DNA of 64,000 nt from NCBI GenBank assembly GCA_043826455.1, contig JBDRQD010000048.1, positions 1 to 64,000 on the forward strand, given 5' to 3'. Source of the stretch: Candidatus Bathyarchaeota archaeon (GTDB lineage Archaea; Thermoproteota; Bathyarchaeia; TCS64). The translations under genes were made by a program, and so were the position numbers. This document shows, one piece after another, positions 1 through 7,497 of the stretch; position 1 is the first letter of the stretch; each line of letters begins with the position of its first letter. The notes under the pieces are model-generated. The model made no database searches. It worked only from the letters and a program-made list of their open reading frames with translations, and had not been told where the DNA came from.

Positions 1-486
1 AAAATCATTATCAAATCCAGCTTTTTTCATATTCTTAACAAAATCTTGGAAAGTTATTGTAGACGAAGGTATATCTGTTTCATCTTGTAACTTTATGTTG
101 AAGAAATCCGCAAATTCTTTTATACGTGCTAAACTAGCAGATTCATATTCATCTGCCTCATACCTTTGTATTTGTTGTTCTTTTAATCCAATTTTATTTG
201 CAAACTCTTTTTGGCTCATTCCTTGTGATAAACGTGCTCTAATTAATGCCTTAGGTATGTCATTTATTGATAATAATTTAGGAATTGGAGTTTTGCTATT
301 CCAAATTTTTTCGTACTCGTTTATTTGAATGTCAAATTCCTTGATTTGGTTTTGTATTGCTTCTTCTTCTAACTTCAATAATTCTAAATTTTCATCTTTT
401 CTAACTTTTTGTATTTTTTCAAGATGTTTCTTGAATTCTCTCAACTGTGCTTTATTTATTTTTAACTGTCTTTCATTTGTTATCAT
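1..486 (-). CDS. XRE-family HTH protein (possibly HTH-ImmA/IrrE peptidase type), truncated by window edge
   Basis: Not in ORF track. Manual translation from ATG at 486: MITNERQLKINKAQLREF...ALIRARLSQGMSQKEFANKIGLKEQQIQRYEADEYESASLARI, a classic XRE HTH. ATGA overlap with the upstream gene; open to position 1. Confidence 0.8.
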   Translation of the reverse strand, partial: MITNERQLKINKAQLREFKKHLEKIQKVRKDENLELLKLEEEAIQNQIKEFDIQINEYEKIWNSKTPIPKLLSINDIPKALIRARLSQGMSQKEFANKIGLKEQQIQRYEADEYESASLARIKEFADFFNIKLQDETDIPSSTITFQDFVKNMKKAGFDNDF

Positions 487-941
487 GGAAAATCCTCCAA
501 TTTTAATTTTATAATGCCTTTTCGTTCCATCGTAACTTTATCTGTTTGAAAAAAATCAAGAAAAGGAGTTCTTGTATTCTTCTCAATAAAGTTATTTGGA
601 ATGAATTCTCCTTTTAGGAGAAATTTTTGTATTTTTCTTTTTTTAGGATTAAAAAAATCCGGGAGTTTGGTGTGGTCTACTCCGGTTGTATCCCATAAAC
701 AGTCGTAATCATTAGGATACCTTTTTGATGTTACAAAACTTCCATCTATGTAAACTAATTTACAACCTGCCTTTTTTAAAAAATCTAATGAGATTCGAAG
801 GCCTTCTAATAGCCCTTCTCTATGCTCATTGTCGCCGTATCTTTCTCTAATTTCATCCCATGTTGCGTCATGAATTCCTTCTGTCAAGTTCCCACTCCCA
901 TTGAATTTAGGAATCATAACACAACAATTTTGTTGTGTCAC
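483..941 (-). CDS. Minimal nucleotidyltransferase-fold protein (DUF6932-like)
   Basis: IDGSFVTSKRYPNDYD matches the GS..DxD motif of the Pol-beta NTase superfamily; C-terminal KGIIKL; directly upstream of the HTH gene. Confidence 0.7.
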   Translation of the reverse strand: MTQQNCCVMIPKFNGSGNLTEGIHDATWDEIRERYGDNEHREGLLEGLRISLDFLKKAGCKLVYIDGSFVTSKRYPNDYDCLWDTTGVDHTKLPDFFNPKKRKIQKFLLKGEFIPNNFIEKNTRTPFLDFFQTDKVTMERKGIIKLKLEDFP

Positions 942-1001
942 TTAGTATTTATTTGTTGTGGTAAAACTAAAATATTTAGGGTAGGGTTCCAATAAACTAC
1001 T

Positions 1002-1475
1002 ATGGAACATGTCGCTATTATGCGCAAATCATTGGGATTTTTAGAAAAAATTTCGGAAGGATCAAAAAAGATAGAATCTCGATGGTATATAACAAAATAT
1101 GCTCCGTGGGGGAAAATTAGAGAAGGGGATGTTATTTATTTTAAAAATTCTGGAGAACCTATTACGATAAAGTCTAATGTCAAACGCGTTGAATTTTATT
1201 CCGACCTTAAACCAGACAAAGCTGAAGAGCTTTTACTAAAATATGGTCCAGAAGATGGAATTGGTATTGAAAATATTGGGGATTTTTATCAATCAGTAAA
1301 AGATAAAAAATATTGTATTCTTGTTTTTCTTTCAAACGTAGAAAATGTTGAACCATTTGAAATAGATAAATCAGGTTTTGGTGCTATGAGTTCCTGGATA
1401 TCTGTGAAAGATGTGAATTCGATCAAAAAGGGGTCAGATACTTTAATTAAACAAACGCAGATTCTTGAATATTAA
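1002..1475 (+). CDS. ASCH (PUA-like) domain protein
   Basis: GSKKIESR (GxKxxExR) followed by GDVIYF, the ASCH signature. Confidence 0.75.
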   Translation: MEHVAIMRKSLGFLEKISEGSKKIESRWYITKYAPWGKIREGDVIYFKNSGEPITIKSNVKRVEFYSDLKPDKAEELLLKYGPEDGIGIENIGDFYQSVKDKKYCILVFLSNVENVEPFEIDKSGFGAMSSWISVKDVNSIKKGSDTLIKQTQILEY

Positions 1476-2458
1476 TTTATTTTGACTTTATGTATCTCTA
1501 TTTTTCTTTCATTGTGAGTATATTTTTCTTCAAGTATTTGATTCCATACTTTTAGGGCTTCATGCTGATTTTCTAACGAACGTTTGTACTCTGTTGTTAT
1601 TCTTTTTGCTACTGGACTATATGCAACGATCTTCAAAGGAACAACTCGTAGGGGCATTTTATCATGTATTTCTGATAGTTTCATCACAAATTTATCCATC
1701 TTATTTCTTAGTGAATGATTGTTAGGAGAAGTGAAAGTAACATACCCATATATGTCTAAACCTTCTAAACGTAATTTGTTGAAGATTTCGAATTGTTTAT
1801 GGTATTTTTTCCCTAAGGTCTGAGTATTGAACGTGAAAGAACTTTCATCGAATCCCTTGAAGCATCCTACTTTGCCATAACTATCATATGATGCGATTTT
1901 ATCTCGTTGTTCTGAAGTTAAATATTTAAAATAATAATCTGTGCTGAGATTGTCATCCGACCAAAGGTAAGTTGTTTTATCTAGTTTGTTACTTTCCAAA
2001 GCTTCCATTGCCCAGACTATCCACTCTGGAACTAAATCTGGTTGGCCTCCTGAAAGAACGATGACTTGCGGTTTATTTTTTTCTTGTAAATATGCACTGA
2101 TCAACTCGCTTGGTGAGAAGAACTTTGATTTTTCCATGGTACCTGATCTTAATTCGTTATCAACAAAGCAATACCAGCAATTCCAATTACATCCTGCTAA
2201 TTGGAATACTTGAGCTAGGGTAATTTCTTCTGTTTTTTTATTTAGAGCTTCACTTGCTGGTAGATTAGGTAAAGGATCAAATACCCAGTCTTTATGTTCG
2301 TACATTCTATAGTGCCGTATTCTACCAAATCCATTGCAATTTACTGGTTTTGTAAGATCGTTCTCCTGCAATGAGTTATCTAATTTAGATATCAAAATTT
2401 TTTTTTCTAAAACGTTAATTAATTTGTTTCTCATTTCTTTATCAAAATCTTTATTCAT
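1472..2458 (-). CDS. Radical SAM enzyme, function unknown
   Basis: CNWNCWYC (CxxxCxxC) and LSGGQP (GGEP-like) motifs; ATGA-coupled to the upstream kinase. Confidence 0.85.
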   Translation of the reverse strand: MNKDFDKEMRNKLINVLEKKILISKLDNSLQENDLTKPVNCNGFGRIRHYRMYEHKDWVFDPLPNLPASEALNKKTEEITLAQVFQLAGCNWNCWYCFVDNELRSGTMEKSKFFSPSELISAYLQEKNKPQVIVLSGGQPDLVPEWIVWAMEALESNKLDKTTYLWSDDNLSTDYYFKYLTSEQRDKIASYDSYGKVGCFKGFDESSFTFNTQTLGKKYHKQFEIFNKLRLEGLDIYGYVTFTSPNNHSLRNKMDKFVMKLSEIHDKMPLRVVPLKIVAYSPVAKRITTEYKRSLENQHEALKVWNQILEEKYTHNERKIEIHKVKIN

Positions 2459-3051
2459 TTTTGAAACTCCTTTTTTCTTGTTTCTAAAATAATGTGATCT
2501 AAATAATCATGTTCTACAAGTTTAGATTCTACTTTTAAAATCATTTCATCTATCGTATTAGATCCATCAAGCACAAAATCTGACTTTTCTTTTAATTCAT
2601 TGATTTCTCTTTCAACAAGATGGTTTATAATATTTTTATTAAACTCTGAATATGATATTTTTTGATGATATTTATTAATATATCTTCTGAAAAGTATTTT
2701 TTTATCTACGTCAATAAAGAATATAATATTTTTATCATAATACTTTTCAACTTCTGATAATATACTTAAATGTCTAATACTATCATAAACATGAGTTCGG
2801 GTTTTAGGTTTATTAAATTTGATTACTTTTAGAAGAAATGTACGTGGGTCAGTATTTAAAAATACTTCGTATCCAATTCTCTGAAGATTCTCTCTGTTGC
2901 GAGATTGATTTTGAGCATCGGCAATATTTTTTATATATTTACTGAATGAAATCTCGTCCCACGGATATTTATTAATAAAATGATTACTAAGAGTAGTTTT
3001 ACCTGAACAAATATTTCCTAAGAAAACAACTGCGCCATTCATTAATATCAC
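2455..3051 (-). CDS. P-loop nucleotide/dNMP-kinase-like protein (copy 1)
   Basis: Walker A GNICSGKTT, plus RENLQRIG and YDSIRH motifs typical of dNMP/dephospho-CoA-type kinases. Confidence 0.75.
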   Translation of the reverse strand: MILMNGAVVFLGNICSGKTTLSNHFINKYPWDEISFSKYIKNIADAQNQSRNRENLQRIGYEVFLNTDPRTFLLKVIKFNKPKTRTHVYDSIRHLSILSEVEKYYDKNIIFFIDVDKKILFRRYINKYHQKISYSEFNKNIINHLVEREINELKEKSDFVLDGSNTIDEMILKVESKLVEHDYLDHIILETRKKEFQK

Positions 3052-3222
3052 TGAGAGTTAATAGTAAACAAACTAATATTTTCTTGCCTTAAAATACACG
3101 CTCGCTCGATTTCTTTATTCAATTTCATTTAAAAAAAAATTTTGGGTTTACCGATATTTTTTGAAATGAATATTCATTCACAAACCACATATTTTAAATT
3201 AAAACTTACTGCTGTATGATGT

Positions 3223-4959
3223 ATGAACTCTCAAAATGAATTAGAGTTAATTCATGGCGATACACATATTACTAAATTTAGTCAAGACTGGTTTGGTTTT
3301 TCTTCTCATGCAAAAAAATTAGTAAACGAAATCAGTGTCATCGCTATAGATTCCTGCATTTGTTGCGGAGTTATTGGAGAGTGGGGAACTGGTAAATCAA
3401 GTTTTATGAAATTAATGTCAAATTATATTCATGATGACTTTGATTCGAATAATTTAGTAATATGGTATATCGCTTGGGATCCATACGGACTATCGAATAT
3501 GGGAGATGCAATCTTATTCCATATTTTTAAAACTGTAGCTAACTATTCGGACCAAAATCCATCTGAATATTCCGAAACAATTAAAAAAGAATTTATAAAA
3601 TTTCAAGAAGCCTTAGGAATCCGAAAAGGACTTAGAAGTTCAGTGCAAAAAATTTTTAAAACGTTGTCTGCATCAGAGACCGCTCCTGGTTTACTTAAAG
3701 ATGTAGCTACAATTGGAGAAAAAACTATATCAGAAATGCAAAGCGCAACTGTTATTAGAAGTACTTTAGAAACGTTGAACGAGTATCTAAATAATAAGAA
3801 TATTTTTTTATATCTATTTATTGATGAACTTGATAGATCTACTGGAGACCAAATATTTAGTATCTTTTCAGAATTGAAGGCCTATTTATCTCATAACAGA
3901 ATAGCGATCATTCTTGGGTATTCAGAGTCATATGTTATTGAAGCAATTAAAAATGAGCTTCCTGAAGAAATTGATGCAAATCAATTTATTGATAAGATAA
4001 TTACTCTCAGAAAAAATATTCCTTTACCCGATCTAACAAGTCTAAAGAATATTGCATATAAATACTTACAAAAATACCCCATTATATCTGATTATCTTGA
4101 TGAATTATCAGAATACGCTGCTAATTTATGTGATTGGAATCCTAGACGTTTAAAAAGGATCCTTCTGTCCTTTATCCAACATTTGCCAGCTAAAGATATT
4201 GGGGAAAATAATTTTATTTGTTTATTAATAATGACAGCATTAGACGAATCAGGATTATTAAAATATCGAGAATTTAATTCAGCAATTATTAATAACGACA
4301 TTGATGTATTACTATCAAATCTTAAAAGTCTTTCAGATTCGAAGTTAGAAGATGAAGCAAAATGTATTTGTGAAGCTATAGAAAAGCTTAATTTAACATC
4401 CCGATTTTCCACTGTTTCTGTACAGAATCTCGGATTGCCTATTTTTAAATCAACAATAATAAAGAAAATGGTTACTGAATATGATCAATCGAAAAAATAT
4501 AATTGGAAACCTCAGATTTTTAAAATATTTTCAGTCCTGAAAAAACAAGGATTAGTAATATCCTCAGATTTTTTTGTTGGAGATGATGAACTTTGTATAA
4601 AGAATGCAGAAAACACTGAAATTAAAAAAGACATTATTAGGCAAATATCAATCTTTAGAAGTGATATTACGTACTATACAACTTCAGATTATGATTTATA
4701 TATATTATTCACTGAACAAATTACCAGAATCGTAGCAGAAATTTATTCGTTTATAAGTAAAATACCATACATTGTAAAAAAGATGCCAGTAATTTTGTGG
4801 ATAATTGATGATGGAGATTGCATTAAACAGATTGATATTGAAGATATCAGACAAACATTAAATGATATAAATAAAGGACTTAAAAATCCTGTTAAAATAA
4901 TATATACAAATTATGATCAAATTGATTCATTGATTGATTATCTTTTCACACATTTTTAA
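3223..4959 (+). CDS. KAP-family P-loop NTPase with uncharacterised C-terminal domain
   Basis: GEWGTGKSS, FIDELDR and NPRRLKR motifs; FIDKII segment. Confidence 0.85.
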   Translation: MNSQNELELIHGDTHITKFSQDWFGFSSHAKKLVNEISVIAIDSCICCGVIGEWGTGKSSFMKLMSNYIHDDFDSNNLVIWYIAWDPYGLSNMGDAILFHIFKTVANYSDQNPSEYSETIKKEFIKFQEALGIRKGLRSSVQKIFKTLSASETAPGLLKDVATIGEKTISEMQSATVIRSTLETLNEYLNNKNIFLYLFIDELDRSTGDQIFSIFSELKAYLSHNRIAIILGYSESYVIEAIKNELPEEIDANQFIDKIITLRKNIPLPDLTSLKNIAYKYLQKYPIISDYLDELSEYAANLCDWNPRRLKRILLSFIQHLPAKDIGENNFICLLIMTALDESGLLKYREFNSAIINNDIDVLLSNLKSLSDSKLEDEAKCICEAIEKLNLTSRFSTVSVQNLGLPIFKSTIIKKMVTEYDQSKKYNWKPQIFKIFSVLKKQGLVISSDFFVGDDELCIKNAENTEIKKDIIRQISIFRSDITYYTTSDYDLYILFTEQITRIVAEIYSFISKIPYIVKKMPVILWIIDDGDCIKQIDIEDIRQTLNDINKGLKNPVKIIYTNYDQIDSLIDYLFTHF

Positions 4960-5023
4960 ATTTATTTTGATTATTTTATATGTTATAGATTAATAGTATA
5001 AGTCATAGGTTTTTTTTAAATGA

Positions 5024-6259
5024 TCAAGAAAGCATATCATTAAGATATGACAATGCTTCATCTATATGTTGTTGAGTATTTTTCATTAATTTTAAGGGTA
5101 TATTTTTTTTAGAAAGAATCAATAATGCATGTAAAAAGGACGATTTTCCCTCAATTTTATAAACTCTATTATCTGAAATCCATAAATCAACAACAGACCT
5201 TTTATCATATTTTCTACTAACAGATGATAATACGTCGTTTTTCTCAATACGAATTAATTTAGGCCTCACATTATAATCATCAAATGGTCCTTTTATCATA
5301 ATCTTATGTTTTTTATGGTAAAAATCATGCCATTCATTTTTTTCGTTGTTTTTAACTATAGAATTCATGATTTGATTTATCTTTTCATTTTTTACTTGTT
5401 TATATTTTATCATTTTTACTAAATCAGCAGTTCTCCAATCTTTTATAAGATTTATTCCAGCACTTTTTAATGATGATTTTTCAAAATCTGGTGTTTTATA
5501 ATTTATAACATTTTTTTCAATGGATTCTAATGAAAAACCTAGTAATTGAGATACTTCAATTATTCTATTTCGCTCTGAATATGCTTCTGGTCTTGTATTC
5601 AACGAATATAATGTGGATTCAAGAGTTGAACCTATATTAGTTACCAATGAAGCTTGACATAAAAATGCAATATAATGTTCAAGATACCAAGGTGCGTCAA
5701 AAAAAACTTTTTCAATTTTTCTTGTAGAATTCCATTTATCTTGAAGTAGATTTTTTCTGTAAACTGATACATTAGATGATGTAACATTTTTTTTGAAAAA
5801 ATCTATTACTGAACGATTATTGTCAATCAAGATAACATTTGGGGTTGGTTCGTAAAGTAACAATTCAGCTAGTATTGACGGCGCTCCAAGTAATAATATT
5901 ACGTCTGTTTCAGAAATGTCCGCTAAAATATTTTTTGATATTGAAGATATTGTAGATTCTGTAAATCTCCAATCAAAATCATACAGATGTGGTTTAGGTA
6001 AAATTAATTTCTTATGATTAATGCTTCGGATATAATTCGTATTCTTTTTCTTTTCTATAAGTGTATATTTACTGTTACTTAACCTAATTATTTTTCCATC
6101 ATTTTCTAATTTATGTAATATTTGTTTTAAATCCAAAGGATATAATCCATAACATTTTTTGAAAATGGCTTCGAACGATGCACATTTTTTTGAAAGAAAT
6201 TTAATTATTGTTTTTTCAATTAAATCGTATTGAGAATAATTTATTTTATCATTAATCAA
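5024..6259 (-). CDS. Class I SAM-dependent methyltransferase-like protein (amino-MTase DPPW-like motif) with possible N-terminal wHTH
   Basis: LLLGAPS (motif I-like), VILID, FFDAPWY (DPPY/W-like motif IV); ATGA-coupled to the upstream kinase. Confidence 0.6.
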   Translation of the reverse strand: MINDKINYSQYDLIEKTIIKFLSKKCASFEAIFKKCYGLYPLDLKQILHKLENDGKIIRLSNSKYTLIEKKKNTNYIRSINHKKLILPKPHLYDFDWRFTESTISSISKNILADISETDVILLLGAPSILAELLLYEPTPNVILIDNNRSVIDFFKKNVTSSNVSVYRKNLLQDKWNSTRKIEKVFFDAPWYLEHYIAFLCQASLVTNIGSTLESTLYSLNTRPEAYSERNRIIEVSQLLGFSLESIEKNVINYKTPDFEKSSLKSAGINLIKDWRTADLVKMIKYKQVKNEKINQIMNSIVKNNEKNEWHDFYHKKHKIMIKGPFDDYNVRPKLIRIEKNDVLSSVSRKYDKRSVVDLWISDNRVYKIEGKSSFLHALLILSKKNIPLKLMKNTQQHIDEALSYLNDMLS

Positions 6260-6798
6260 AGATATTTCTCCTTTTTTAAAATTAGTTTAACTTTATTAAT
6301 AATTTCTTTAATTTGCAGAGTTTCATCTATTTGATGATCAGAATATGCTAATAAGCGAAGAATATCTTTTTCTACAGGATGGTTATTTATTTCTTTAAAT
6401 TGATCGAATGTTTTACCGTCGTTATATTTTTTAACATATCGTTCATATCTCTTACATTCAGACAAATTAAGATAAAATGAAGTTGTTTTTGAATAATAAT
6501 TTTTAACTTCAAATAACAAATCTGGATGTCTTATACTATCATAAATGTGAACATCAGAACTTGGATTATGGTAATCAATAACATTTTTTAAAAAAACATA
6601 GCATGAATATTTATTATAAAGATCATAACCAATATCTTGTAAGGATTTTCTACTCTTGGAAGATTTATTTTTATCCGCAATATGACTGATGTAATCACCA
6701 AAAGAGATTCTATCCCACCCATACTCATTACACAAATGCTTGGCAAGAGTTGTTTTACCGGCACAAATAAGTCCGTTGAATACAATTGCCTTTATCAA
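6256..6798 (-). CDS. P-loop nucleotide/dNMP-kinase-like protein (copy 2)
   Basis: GLICAGKTT, RKSLQDIG, YDSIRH; clear paralog of 2455-3051. Confidence 0.75.
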   Translation of the reverse strand: MIKAIVFNGLICAGKTTLAKHLCNEYGWDRISFGDYISHIADKNKSSKSRKSLQDIGYDLYNKYSCYVFLKNVIDYHNPSSDVHIYDSIRHPDLLFEVKNYYSKTTSFYLNLSECKRYERYVKKYNDGKTFDQFKEINNHPVEKDILRLLAYSDHQIDETLQIKEIINKVKLILKKEKYL

Positions 6799-7072
6799 TT
6801 ATTATCTCTTATTCTTATACACTATTTTTTTTTTAAATCTTTGTTTTTTTACTATGGGGAGTGTTCTAAAAACCTTAAACAATACTTGACGCATTTAACG
6901 GAAACGCACGATAAACGGTTGAAAAGGCTAAGCTAGCGGACATCCCCTAAGCAAATTATCGACCATACCCATAACAGCAGGTAAAATATATTGGGGAGAG
7001 GTGGAACGAAGAAGCCGTGTTATCCATCCCAATTCCTGACCCGTTATATCTACCTTAAACCTCGTTTTAATC

Positions 7073-7153
7073 ATGAAGTTTTTTATATCAGTTGATATGG
7101 GAAGCATTAGCGGCATAGTGGACACTGCCATAATTAGCCACATAAAACCCTAG
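7073..7153 (+). pseudogene. 5' relic of dppA-like M55 peptidase
   Basis: Translates MKFFISVDMGSISGIVDTAIISHIKP* versus intact 20874 MKVFISVDMEGISGIVDTTMTSRKEP. Confidence 0.75.
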
Positions 7154-7357
7154 CCACCCCTTAAAGCTGTTATAAGCCCACACGACAACCAAATATCGAC
7201 CCACATGAGAAACCCATACAAAAAGATGGGGAAAAGAAGAGTCATCAAAGCCGCCTCACGCCCCACCAGACCAAGCGGATCAACACCCCACCAAATCCAC
7301 AAAGCCATGCAGCAAGCCACCAAAACCTCCCAACAGACACCCCCACGCACCATTTAA
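7151..7357 (+). pseudogene. Degenerate copy of the promoter and 5' end of the selA-like gene at 18462
   Basis: Aligns with ~18407-18601. ATG 7205 gives MRNPYKKMGKRRVIKAASRPTRPSGS...KAMQQA, stop at 7357. Confidence 0.85.
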
Positions 7358-7497
7358 GGCAAAACGAAACAATAATAAAAGGCGCCAAAGAAAGTTTTAC
7401 ACGCTATAGTTCTGTGTTCAAAAAAAACTACAACTAGATCCAGCGCAAACGCTCCAAACATCTCGACAACTTCTACACAAACTATAGAGGTGAAAAA

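Larger units (their letters stand above)
1..6900. mobile_element. AT-rich genomic island (right part; left end outside window)
   Basis: Abrupt change from very AT-rich to GC-rich DNA near 6.9-7.5 kb; accessory gene content; no integrase within the window. Confidence 0.7.

Noticed and set aside
7151..7357. Diversity-generating retroelement TR/VR pair (copy versus 18407-18601)
   Set aside because: Differences involve G and C as well as T/A and include indels; the copy covers a promoter and 5' end; no reverse transcriptase in the window.
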